Shown here: positions 47,863 to 56,619 of the stretch, in pieces
How the letters are laid out: the number at the start of each line of letters is the position of its first letter
Numbering within the stretch: the first letter of the stretch is position 1
Position numbers and translations under genes: made by a program
Notes under the pieces: generated by a model
Databases searched by the model: none
What the model saw: the letters and a program-made list of their open reading frames with translations, nothing else
Told to the model about the DNA's origin: nothing
Assembly (NCBI GenBank): GCA_964643955.1
Contig: CAZXUO010000002.1
Location: forward strand, 44,691 to 108,690
Direction: 5' to 3'
Origin: an uncultured Candidatus Saccharibacteria bacterium
GTDB lineage: Bacteria > Patescibacteriota > Minisyncoccia > Phycocordibacterales > UBA918
Length of the DNA stretch: 64,000 nt

Positions 47863-49632
47863 CTATCCGAGTTTTTTTGTTTTGATTTCGGTGGTGAGGC
47901 GGGTGAGGAGGTCGGTGGTTCCGAGGACGACTGATTCATCTGCTCGTGATTCGAGGGTGACGGTCTTTGCTTCAACTTCCTTGTCACCAATGACGATGAA
48001 GTACGGGAGCTTGTCTTTCTTTGCGTTGCGGATTTTCTTTCCCATTGATTCGTTTGCGTCGTCGAGCGTCGCACGGATGCCTGCTTCTTTTAATTGCGTA
48101 AGCACTGCGTGTGCGTACTCGGTGTGCGCTTCTGCAACAGGAATGACGCGTACTTGTTCGGGAGAAAGCCAGAGTGGGAATGCGCCTGCGAAGTGTTCGA
48201 TGATCACGCCCATGAAGCGTTCAAGTGAGCCCGAGATCGCGCGGTGAATGACGACCGGACGCTCTTTTTCTCCCTTCTCATTGATGAAGGAAAGGTCAAA
48301 GCGCTCGGGAAGATTGAAGTCACACTGGATCGTGGAGAGCTGCCACTCGCGACCGATTGCATCCTTAAACATGAAGTCGAGTTTTGGTCCGTAGAACGAG
48401 GCTTCGCCTTCAACGCGTTTGTACGGGAGGTTATTTTCTTTTGCAGCTTCTTCAAGCGCTGTTTCTGCAGCATTCCAGACCTCATCATTTCCAAGGTATT
48501 GCGAACGATCATTGCCGCGCACAGAAAGGCTCACCCAGTACTCTTCAGCCATGTTAAAGACTGTATAAAATTCTTTGATGATGCCGACGATTGTCGCAAC
48601 TTCTTCTTTGATTTGTGATGAGCGGCAGAAAAGGTGGCCGTCATCTTGGGTAATCGAGCGGACGCGCGTGAGACCACCGAGTTGTCCAGATTTTTCATCA
48701 CGATAAACGGTTGCGGGTTCGAAGTAGCGGACGGGCATATCGCGGTATGAAAACTGATTGTCTGCGAAAATCTGCATGTGGTGCGGACAGTTCATGGGCT
48801 TCATGATGAACTTCTCTTCTTTTCCTTGAACACGGAAGAGCTCGTCACCAAATTTCTCTGCATGTCCTGAGGTCACATAGAGGGCTTCTTTTGCAATGTG
48901 AGGTGTCCAGACACGGCTGTAGCCCTTGCTCTTGTGGAGGTTCCAGAGATACTCCTCAATCTCACGACGCACGAGCGCGCCCTTTGGCTGGAGGAGTGGG
49001 AGGCCAGCGCCCACGAGCTCTGAATTGGTGAAGAGGCCGAGCTCTTTGCCGAGCTTCTTGTGGTCGCGCTTTTTGGCTTCTTCGAGCTGAGTCTGGTATG
49101 TATCGAGCTCTTCTTTTGTTGCAAAGGCGAGGCCATAGATGCGGGTGAGCATCGCATTCTTCTCATCGCCGCGCCAGTATGCGCCTGCGATTGTAGTGAG
49201 CGTGAATGCGTCCGCGCTTATTTCTTCGCTCGGGTGCTCTGAATGACCACCGCGGCAGAGGTCGGTAAATTCACCGACGGTGTAGAGGGTGATTGGTTCA
49301 TTGCGGGATTCTATTTCGGCGATGAGTTCGAGTTTGTACTGATTATCTTTGAAAAACTCTCGTGCTTCAGCGGCCGATACTTCTTTGTGGGTGAACTCGG
49401 TCCATTTGCCGATGGTCTTTCGCATCGTCTTTTGGATTTCTTTGAGATCGGCATCGCCGGGAGTTTCTCCGCCAGAGAAATCGAAGTCGTAGTAGAAGCC
49501 GGTGTCGGTTGCCGGTCCGATGGTGCGCTTTGCGTGCGGATAGAGCTTCAAGACCGCGTCGGCGAGTAAGTGGGCGAGTGTGTGGCGGATGTGTTCGAGG
49601 TTGTGTTCCATATATGTAAAGTGTTTGCTCAT
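47863..49632 (-). CDS. thrS: Threonine--tRNA ligase (lacking N-terminal TGS domain)
   Basis: Class II aaRS motifs, the HAVLTQLKEAGIRA anticodon-binding domain and the second-site editing domain region. Confidence 0.9.
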   Translation of the reverse strand: MSKHFTYMEHNLEHIRHTLAHLLADAVLKLYPHAKRTIGPATDTGFYYDFDFSGGETPGDADLKEIQKTMRKTIGKWTEFTHKEVSAAEAREFFKDNQYKLELIAEIESRNEPITLYTVGEFTDLCRGGHSEHPSEEISADAFTLTTIAGAYWRGDEKNAMLTRIYGLAFATKEELDTYQTQLEEAKKRDHKKLGKELGLFTNSELVGAGLPLLQPKGALVRREIEEYLWNLHKSKGYSRVWTPHIAKEALYVTSGHAEKFGDELFRVQGKEEKFIMKPMNCPHHMQIFADNQFSYRDMPVRYFEPATVYRDEKSGQLGGLTRVRSITQDDGHLFCRSSQIKEEVATIVGIIKEFYTVFNMAEEYWVSLSVRGNDRSQYLGNDEVWNAAETALEEAAKENNLPYKRVEGEASFYGPKLDFMFKDAIGREWQLSTIQCDFNLPERFDLSFINEKGEKERPVVIHRAISGSLERFMGVIIEHFAGAFPLWLSPEQVRVIPVAEAHTEYAHAVLTQLKEAGIRATLDDANESMGKKIRNAKKDKLPYFIVIGDKEVEAKTVTLESRADESVVLGTTDLLTRLTTEIKTKKLG

Positions 49633-49675
49633 AACGGTATCACAGGCCGCCGAAAACAGGAATGGAATCCCCTCA

Positions 49676-49870
49676 AAGAACCTTTCATGCTTTTAGCGAC
49701 CAGTCGTCGCCCCTGCGGGCTCCGCCTTGCGGTTTCGGCATGGACTTTGCTTTGCAAAGGCCATGCTCCATGCCTGCAAATGCTCTCTAAAAGCATGAAA
49801 GGTTCTTTGGTTCTTAATAATGTTGCTCTGCGTGGCTGTAGATGCTCGCAGAAGCTACATGCCGGTTTTC
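49676..49870. repeat. Structured palindromic element copy A (full, 49676-49808, with a perfect 22-bp outer inverted repeat) plus an adjacent truncated 3' fragment of a second copy (49821-49870)
   Basis: The outer arms aaagaacctttcatgcttttag and ctaaaagcatgaaaggttcttt enclose a core shared with copies B and C: a GCCCC-ygc-GGGC hairpin, cttGcggTTtCGg, a bulged hairpin and TGCAaATGCTC. Confidence 0.6.
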
Positions 49871-49871
49871 T

Positions 49872-52800
49872 CTATATCGCGGCGGGTTCTGCGTCGAGGC
49901 GGCGGACTTTTTCGACGACGATAGATGCTTGGCCGTTGCGATAGGAGAGGCGGCCTTTCACGGCGACGCACGTCTGCGGCGCGAGAATCTCGTGCTTGTC
50001 GCGGTAGAGATCAGAGAAGACGACCGTCTCGATACTGTGTTCCCAGTCAGCGAGCCGAATGAATGCCATGCGGTCGCCTTTCTTTGTCATGATCTCTTTC
50101 ACTTCTTCGATGAGACCGGCTGCGGTGACGGGAATACCTTCGCGTTCGTCGGTGATTATGTCACGGATGCTCAGGTATTTCTTCATCACTTCTTTGTGAC
50201 TATCGAGTGGATGACCGGAAATAAAGATGCCGAGGAGTTCTTTTTCCCAGAGCAGTTTCTGTGTGGAGGTGGCTTCGGGGACTGGTGCGAGTATAAGCTC
50301 TTCTTCGGGAGACGCCGCGAGCATGGAGAAGAGAGAGTCATGACCCGAGGCGAGCGTCGCGCCATGCTCGCGGCTGAATTCGAGGAGGCGTTCGAGATTG
50401 CCGATCAATGCGCCGCGCTCAGCGAAGCGATCAAAGGCACCTGCCATGATGAGGGACTCGAGCGATTTCTTGTTGAGGTTTTTGTTTTGGATGCGCTTCA
50501 AGAAATCAGCGAGCGAGGTGAAGGAGCCGTTTGCTTTTCGTTCTTCGATGATTGCGTGCGCGATACCTGCGCCGAAGTTTTTTATTGTCGTGAGGCCAAA
50601 GCGGATTTCTTTTTTGATACCGGCAGGATCAGGGACAACGGAGAAGTCCTCAAAGCTCTCGTTGATGTCGGGTGGCAACACCTCAATACCCATGCGGTTG
50701 CACTCATGGATGATCTCAGAAATTTTTTCAACGTCGCCTGAGTCTGCAGTGAGGACCGCTGACATGTATTCGACGGGATAGTTGGCTTTCATGTACGCCG
50801 TTTGGTACGCGACTTTTCCGTAGCTTGCGGCGTGCGCTTTGTTGAAACCGTACGCGGCAAATGGCTCGATGAGTTTCCAGAGCTTTTCCGCAACCGACGG
50901 CGTGAGTTTGCCGTATTCGACAAATCCTTTGAGCAGCTTCTCCTTTTCGGCGGCCATAACTTCAGGAATTTTCTTTCCCATCGCTTTGCGCAGCTTGTCG
51001 GCCTCGAGCCATGAGTAGCCGGCGAGCTCGCGCGCGATCATGAGCACGTCGTCCTGATAAGTGACGACGCCGTACGAGCGATCGAGGATTGTTTTGAGGC
51101 GTGGGTCGAGATAGGTGATGAGACTCGCATTGTGTTTGCGCTCGATGTATTGCGGAATAGATTCCATCGGGCCGGGGCGGTAGAGGGCGACCATCGCGTT
51201 GATGTCGTGGATTGAAGACGGGCGGAGGTCTTTGAGGAAGCGCGTCATGCCGGAGCCATTGAGCTGGAAGAGGCCGAGTGTTTCGCCGCGAGCGAGCATC
51301 TCGAAGGTCTTCTCGTCGTCGATCGGCACCTTTTCTATTTCTACGTCGATACCGCGGATTTTTTGTACGCGCACCACAGCATCAGCAAGAATCGAGAGGT
51401 TGGTGATGCCGAGGAAGTCGAACTTCAGCAAGCCGACGCCGTCTTCGCCGACGGCGTGCATGTCGTACTGCGTAATCATCTTTCCGCCGCCTTCTTCTTT
51501 GTCTGCTTTTGGATCGGGTTGGAGGGGGACGAAGTCGGTGAGTGGGGCGGGTGCGATCACGACGCCCGCAGCATGCACACCCACGTGCCGCACCCGCCCC
51601 TCTATTTTCTTTGCAAGATTAATAACCTCTTTCGTCTCGGCATCTTTTTTATAGAGCGTTGCAAGGTCGGGCTCGATCTCAAGCGCACGTGCGATGGTCA
51701 TCGGGAAGCCTTGTGAGCCCATCGGAATGAGCTTGGCGATGCGATCGCCGGTCGCGTACGGATAGCCGAGTGCGCGCGCGACGTCGCGCACGACGGCGCG
51801 CGCGAGCATTTTTCCGAAGGTGCCGATCTGCGCTACTTTGTCCGCGCCGTACTTTTCTTTTGCATATTCGATGATCTCATCACGGCGGTTGTCAGCGTAG
51901 TCCATGTCGACGTCAGGCGCGGACGGACGTTCAGGATTGAGAAAGCGCTCAAACGGAAGTTTGTATTCAATGGGGTTTACATTTGTAATACCAAGCACGT
52001 ACGTGACGAGTGAGCCCGCGACCGAGCCTCGAATGGTTGTGAGGATTTTGCGCTCGCGTGCTTCTCGCAGAAGGTCTCCCACGACGAGGAAGTATTTTGC
52101 ATAGCCTTTCATCTTGATGACCGAGAGCTCGTACGCAACGCGCTCTTTGATGATCGGATCTTCAGGATCGAGTCCACGCCATGCAATACCTTTATATGCG
52201 AGATCTGAGAGCTCATCGTCGGGTGTCTTGCCGCTCTCAATGATGTAGTTGGGGAAATACCACGTACCGATTTCGATTTCGACGTTGCATGCATCGGCAA
52301 TCTTTACGGAATTCTCGAGCGCTTCAGGAATATCTTTAAAATACTCGGCGGCGTGCGCTTGAGTGATGAATGAGAAATTTTCATCACGTTCGTCAAATTC
52401 GTTGGTCGTTTCGACGGTACCACCAGTCTGAATCTTCACCATCGTCTCGCGCGCGAGACGATCCTCCGGCTTTATGTAATAGACATCATGTGCAGCAACG
52501 AGTGGTACGTCGGTGTGCGAAGCAAGGTCACGGATTTTCTGCTGCAGCTCCATGTGGCCCGGGATCTCGGGGTGGTGTGTGATCTCAAGATAGAGATCAT
52601 TTCCAAAAATAGATTTGTACCATGCGAGGTGCGCATGGGCGCGCTCTTGATCGTCTGCCTTCAGTGATTGTACCGGTTCGCCGGCAAACGAAGGGATGAT
52701 GCAGATGAGATCGTCTTTGTATCGCTCGATGAGCTCGCGGTCGAGGCGAGGTCGGTAGTAAAAGCCGTTGACGTACGACTCCGTCACGAGCTTGATGAGG

Positions 52801-53102
52801 TTTTTGTAGCCCGCGGTTGTCTTTGCCAGGAGGACGATGCGGCTGCGCGGCTTGTCGATCGAGGCTTCGCGATCAAAACGCGTACGTGGTGCGAGGTATG
52901 CGTCGATGCCGATGATTGGTTTGATATCTTCGTCAACGCAGGTCTGGTAGAAGTCGACGGCGCCGTAGAGATTGCCGTTGTCGGTGAGTGCGAGCGCGGT
53001 CATACCATCTGCTTTTGCTGCAGCGACGAGCTCGTCGACGGTCGGGAGAGCATTGAGGAGGGAGTAGTGGCTGTGGGTGTGGAGGTGGATGAAATTACTC
53101 AT
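49872..53102 (-). CDS. dnaE: DNA polymerase III alpha subunit
   Basis: PHP domain at the N-terminus, polymerase core, and OB fold; 1076 aa. Confidence 0.95.
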   Translation of the reverse strand: MSNFIHLHTHSHYSLLNALPTVDELVAAAKADGMTALALTDNGNLYGAVDFYQTCVDEDIKPIIGIDAYLAPRTRFDREASIDKPRSRIVLLAKTTAGYKNLIKLVTESYVNGFYYRPRLDRELIERYKDDLICIIPSFAGEPVQSLKADDQERAHAHLAWYKSIFGNDLYLEITHHPEIPGHMELQQKIRDLASHTDVPLVAAHDVYYIKPEDRLARETMVKIQTGGTVETTNEFDERDENFSFITQAHAAEYFKDIPEALENSVKIADACNVEIEIGTWYFPNYIIESGKTPDDELSDLAYKGIAWRGLDPEDPIIKERVAYELSVIKMKGYAKYFLVVGDLLREARERKILTTIRGSVAGSLVTYVLGITNVNPIEYKLPFERFLNPERPSAPDVDMDYADNRRDEIIEYAKEKYGADKVAQIGTFGKMLARAVVRDVARALGYPYATGDRIAKLIPMGSQGFPMTIARALEIEPDLATLYKKDAETKEVINLAKKIEGRVRHVGVHAAGVVIAPAPLTDFVPLQPDPKADKEEGGGKMITQYDMHAVGEDGVGLLKFDFLGITNLSILADAVVRVQKIRGIDVEIEKVPIDDEKTFEMLARGETLGLFQLNGSGMTRFLKDLRPSSIHDINAMVALYRPGPMESIPQYIERKHNASLITYLDPRLKTILDRSYGVVTYQDDVLMIARELAGYSWLEADKLRKAMGKKIPEVMAAEKEKLLKGFVEYGKLTPSVAEKLWKLIEPFAAYGFNKAHAASYGKVAYQTAYMKANYPVEYMSAVLTADSGDVEKISEIIHECNRMGIEVLPPDINESFEDFSVVPDPAGIKKEIRFGLTTIKNFGAGIAHAIIEERKANGSFTSLADFLKRIQNKNLNKKSLESLIMAGAFDRFAERGALIGNLERLLEFSREHGATLASGHDSLFSMLAASPEEELILAPVPEATSTQKLLWEKELLGIFISGHPLDSHKEVMKKYLSIRDIITDEREGIPVTAAGLIEEVKEIMTKKGDRMAFIRLADWEHSIETVVFSDLYRDKHEILAPQTCVAVKGRLSYRNGQASIVVEKVRRLDAEPAAI

Positions 53103-53153
53103 GTGGAGACATTATAGCGCGATTAAAAAGAATCGCAGATAATCATCGCTTTA

Positions 53154-53292
53154 GAAAAACCACCACATGTTTGGGGACCGTATCATGTTCCAGCGAACAT
53201 GATACTTCGGCTTCGGCTCGCACTTTTGTTCAAGAAACAAAAGACCGTGCTGCGAGCCTGCAGATGCTCCCCAAACATGCAGTGGTTTTTCC
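53154..53292. repeat. Structured palindromic element copy B, occupying almost the whole dnaE/rnhB divergent intergenic region
   Basis: Outer arms aaaaaccaccacatgtttgggga and tccccaaacatgcagtggttttt. The core has a gtatcatgttcc-agc-gaacatgatac hairpin, CTTCGGCTTCG, a bulged hairpin and CTGCAGATGCTC. Confidence 0.6.
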
Positions 53293-53314
53293 GTCCTTCA
53301 GATACAATACTTTG

Positions 53315-53899
53315 ATGTTTATTATTGGTGTGGATGAGGCGGGGCGGGGGGCGCTTGCGGGGCCGGTGTCCGTTGGGGTTGCGCTCGTGCCGCGAGATTT
53401 TGATTGGGCGCTCATCCCGGGTGTGCGTGACTCGAAACAGCTTTCAGAAAAGAAACGAGAAGAGATATTTCTCCGCGCACGCACGCTTCAAAAAGAAGGA
53501 GTGCTCGAGTATGCTGTCGCACTCGTCTCTGCAGCTATCATCGATCAGCGAGGAATAACGACGGCGGTCCGCATCGGGATAGCGCGTGCACTTAAAAAAC
53601 TTTCGCACAATATTGATGACGTTGAGGTGCGCCTCGACGGGTTACTCCATGCGCCAAAAGAATATATCCGCCAGCAGACAATCATCCGCGGCGATCAGAC
53701 TGAACCTGCTATCTCGCTCGCGTCGATCATGGCTAAAGTCACGCGCGATCGACACATGGTCGCGCTCGCGAAGAAGTATCCAGCGTATGCCCTCGAGGTT
53801 CATAAAGGATATGGGACGCTTGTACACCGCGAGAGCATCCAGAGAGATGGTATTTCAGATATCCACCGCCGATACTTTTGCCGGTTTGCCAACAATTGA
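53315..53899 (+). CDS. rnhB: Ribonuclease HII
   Basis: MFIIGVDEAGRGALAGPV catalytic DEAGRG motif. The track start at 53171 lies inside element B and is rejected. Confidence 0.9.
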   Translation: MFIIGVDEAGRGALAGPVSVGVALVPRDFDWALIPGVRDSKQLSEKKREEIFLRARTLQKEGVLEYAVALVSAAIIDQRGITTAVRIGIARALKKLSHNIDDVEVRLDGLLHAPKEYIRQQTIIRGDQTEPAISLASIMAKVTRDRHMVALAKKYPAYALEVHKGYGTLVHRESIQRDGISDIHRRYFCRFANN

Positions 53900-53978
53900 C
53901 GACGGGTGTAGAGTCTTGTCTAGTACCTTCTCGCGCGGGGAAGCGAGGGAAGGATGTATAGCATCGGGGGAGTAGAGT

Positions 53979-54224
53979 ATGTCTTTTCTTTCGAAGAAAC
54001 CCTCTCCAAAGGAGATGGACTGGAGGGAGGAACTTCGCGCGGCCAGCCTTCATGGCTGCGCACAGTGTCCCTACGCGGGACGCATCACAGGCACGGGCAT
54101 AAACGCCTCCTGCTATTGCGGTAATCCGCCGCAAGAGGTCTCGGAGACGCGTATTCCGGGCCTTATCTGGATCACTCAGGCACTCCGGTGCCCGGAGAAC
54201 CAGGGGGTCGCTGTTGCGGCCTGA
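53979..54224 (+). CDS. Small Cys-rich (putative zinc-binding) protein
   Basis: CAQCPYAG..CYCG..C pattern. RBS GGGGAG. Confidence 0.35.
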   Translation: MSFLSKKPSPKEMDWREELRAASLHGCAQCPYAGRITGTGINASCYCGNPPQEVSETRIPGLIWITQALRCPENQGVAVAA

Positions 54225-54328
54225 AGGATGATGGGCGACGCGGGGGTTTTCATACCCCTGCGCCAGCCTTTTTTGTTTATAGGGGTTCTATTGCCAATTA
54301 ATGCTTATTTTGTTATAGTCTTGCCACT

Positions 54329-54691
54329 ATGGTAGTACGAATGCGTCACAACCGGTCTCAGACCGCAAATCGCCGATCTCACCACGCGCTTAAGGCGGCA
54401 ACTATGGCGACGTGTGCAAACTGCAGCGCACTCCACCGCCCACATCACATGTGTCTTTCATGCGGCTTTTACAAGGGTCGTCAGGTGATGGATCTTGCGG
54501 GTGAGAAGGCAAAGCGTTTGGCTCGTATCAAAGCAAACAAAGAGCGTGCACGCGCTGACCTCTCGTCAGCTGCAGCTCCCGCAGTAAACGCTGCTGCACC
54601 TGCTCATGATCACGATCATGCACACGATGAGCACGCAGGACACGATCACGATCATCCGCACACACACGGAAGTGAGAAAGGAGAGAAATAA
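54329..54691 (+). CDS. rpmF: Ribosomal protein L32 with ~60-aa C-terminal Ala/His/Asp-rich extension
   Basis: RRSHHALK..CANC..HHMCLSCGFYKGRQV zinc-ribbon L32 core, then ...HDHDHAHDEHAGHDHDHPHTHG. Confidence 0.7.
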   Translation: MVVRMRHNRSQTANRRSHHALKAATMATCANCSALHRPHHMCLSCGFYKGRQVMDLAGEKAKRLARIKANKERARADLSSAAAPAVNAAAPAHDHDHAHDEHAGHDHDHPHTHGSEKGEK

Positions 54692-54710
54692 TTTTTCGAT
54701 AATCCACACC

Positions 54711-54732
54711 AAAGCCCGCATCTGCGGGCTTT
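54711..54732 (+). terminator. Intrinsic terminator after rpmF
   Basis: aaagcccgcatctgcgggctttgtgcttt. Confidence 0.6.
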
Positions 54733-54778
54733 GTGCTTTCTATACGTGCTAGGATGAGACCAGCGAAACGCATTCTGT

Positions 54779-55684
54779 ATGGCAAACCGGCACCTTTCGA
54801 GAAGTATTGTTCTCCAATCACTCTTTGAATGGGATCTTAATAATGTAGGTAAGAGCGACGTACGCGACGTCCTCGACCGAAACGTCTCCGAGTTTGCACC
54901 CAATAAATCTGACATGCCGTTTATGGAACGGCTCCTTGATGGTGTATTGCAGAAGCAGAAGGAGCTCGATCTTGTGATCGAAAAAGCAGCACCGGAGTGG
55001 CCCATCGATCGCATCTCGCCAGTTGATCGTAATATCCTCCGCCTCGGTCTTTTTGAGCTTCTGTTTTCAGATCGCAAAGAGGTACCGGCAAAGGTGGCGA
55101 TCAACGAAGCGATTGAACTCGCGAAGCAGTTTGGCGGCGATAATTCTGGGCGCTTCGTCAACGGAGTACTCGGTGCGGTATATAAAGAAATCGGTGAGCC
55201 GGGCAAGGAAGAAAATTCAAAGCGTAAGCAACGCAATGTGCCGTATGAAGAAATGCCGGTCGAGCACCTCGTCGGTGCCGTAGTGTACGCAGAAGAGGGT
55301 GACGACATGCATCTTGCACTCGTGCACGATATTTTTGGACATTGGACTCTCGCAAAGGGTGGCGTAGAGGATGGTGATGATCTCGAGGCGGGCGTCGTGC
55401 GAGAAATAAAGGCAGAGCTCGGACTCGACATTGTTGTCGAACAAAAGCTTGGGGAAAATGAGTACGTCGCATCTGACCCAGAAAAGGGAAAGAAGCGAAA
55501 ACACGTGACCTATTTCCTCGCGAAAGCGAAATTTGAAGAGATTCGTCTTGAGAAAAAGGGTGGTCTCGATGACGCACAGTGGTTTAAAATCGCGAAGATC
55601 CTTGAACTCAACTTTTATGAGGATATTCTGCCGATTGTGACCAAGGCGGTGACCATGCTTGTCGGAAGAGGCAGAACATCGTAG
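54779..55684 (+). CDS. nusB: NusB antitermination factor fused to a C-terminal NUDIX hydrolase domain
   Basis: NusB-like N-terminus (SIVLQSLFEWDL..RNILRLGLFELLF..AINEAIELAKQFGG). C-terminal Nudix box GGVEDGDDLEAGVVREIKAELGL. Confidence 0.7.
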   Translation: MANRHLSRSIVLQSLFEWDLNNVGKSDVRDVLDRNVSEFAPNKSDMPFMERLLDGVLQKQKELDLVIEKAAPEWPIDRISPVDRNILRLGLFELLFSDRKEVPAKVAINEAIELAKQFGGDNSGRFVNGVLGAVYKEIGEPGKEENSKRKQRNVPYEEMPVEHLVGAVVYAEEGDDMHLALVHDIFGHWTLAKGGVEDGDDLEAGVVREIKAELGLDIVVEQKLGENEYVASDPEKGKKRKHVTYFLAKAKFEEIRLEKKGGLDDAQWFKIAKILELNFYEDILPIVTKAVTMLVGRGRTS

Positions 55685-55695
55685 ACTCCATTCGT

Positions 55696-56397
55696 ATGAC
55701 AGATACTGCAACCTTTAAGAGACTCGAGCAATTGCTCGGAGTCTCGTTTTCAGATACGACCTACCTGCTCTCGGCTATTACGCACCGTTCATTTCTTAAT
55801 GAAAATAGGGATGCCGTGCAGGAGCACAATGAGCGCCTCGAGTTCCTCGGAGACGCGGTACTTGAGCTTGTGGTGACGGACTATCTTTTTAAGGAGTTTC
55901 CAAAGAAAGCAGAAGGCGAGCTCACGGCTATTCGTGCGGCGCTCGTAAACACCAACACACTCGCTGAGACGGCGACGACGCTCGGCATCAACGAGTATCT
56001 CTTGCTTTCAAAAGGCGAGTCGAAGGATGTGGGGCGCGCGCGGCAGTATATTCTTGCAAATGCGTTTGAGGCTATCGTCGGTGCTATTTATCTCGATCAG
56101 GGGTACGATGCCGCGCGCGATTTCATCGCATCGCAGCTTTTCAACAAGACCGAGCGCATCGTCGAGAAGCGCCTCTGGCAAGATGCAAAGAGTCGTTTTC
56201 AGGAGCGCGCGCAGGAGATGGTTGGCATTACGCCCGCATATCAGACTTTGAAGGAAGTGGGTCCTGACCATGATCGTATGTTTACGGTTGGTGTATTTCT
56301 CGGAGAGGAATGCGTTGCGCAAGGCGATGGTCGTGCGAAGCAGGAAGCTGAACAAAAAGCAGCGGAGAATGGGTTGGCGGCGAAGGGGTGGGGGTAG
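55696..56397 (+). CDS. rnc: Ribonuclease III
   Basis: HRSFLNE..NERLEFLGDAVLELVVTDYLF RNase III signature with a C-terminal dsRBD. Confidence 0.9.
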   Translation: MTDTATFKRLEQLLGVSFSDTTYLLSAITHRSFLNENRDAVQEHNERLEFLGDAVLELVVTDYLFKEFPKKAEGELTAIRAALVNTNTLAETATTLGINEYLLLSKGESKDVGRARQYILANAFEAIVGAIYLDQGYDAARDFIASQLFNKTERIVEKRLWQDAKSRFQERAQEMVGITPAYQTLKEVGPDHDRMFTVGVFLGEECVAQGDGRAKQEAEQKAAENGLAAKGWG

Positions 56398-56402
56398 GGG
56401 AC

Positions 56403-56534
56403 GGAAAGTCAGTGCACTATGCGACCGCGTGCGCCCCAGCGGGCGCTCGCTTCGGCTTCGCCGCACACTTTTTTATTACATAAAAAAGACCATGCTGTGC
56501 GGCTGCAGATGCTCGCATAGTGCACAAACTTTCC
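56403..56534. repeat. Structured palindromic element copy C, between rnc and smc
   Basis: Outer arms ggaaagtcagtgcactatgcga and tcgcatagtgcacaaactttcc. The core has a gcgcccc-agc-ggggcgc hairpin, CTTCGGCTTCG, a bulged hairpin and CTGCAGATGCTC. Confidence 0.6.
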
Positions 56535-56619
56535 TATTTTGAATGCATAAGTTTACAGCGAAGAGCTTTCTCTTCATGCGTCTATAAAAGTTTTTTAGAG
56601 CGATGCTAGAATATACACT

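Noticed and set aside
49633-49871. T-box leader or autoregulatory operator for thrS
   Set aside because: The reverse complement lacks the T-box consensus (AGGGTGGNACCGCG) and specifier-loop architecture. The structure is instead shared with elements beside dnaE and rnc, so it is a repeat family rather than a thrS-specific leader.
49842-53117. Plus-strand ORFs of 120-300 aa overlapping dnaE (for example 49842-50741, 51199-51654, 52668-53117)
   Set aside because: They are embedded antisense to a highly conserved dnaE coding sequence, with low-complexity translations.
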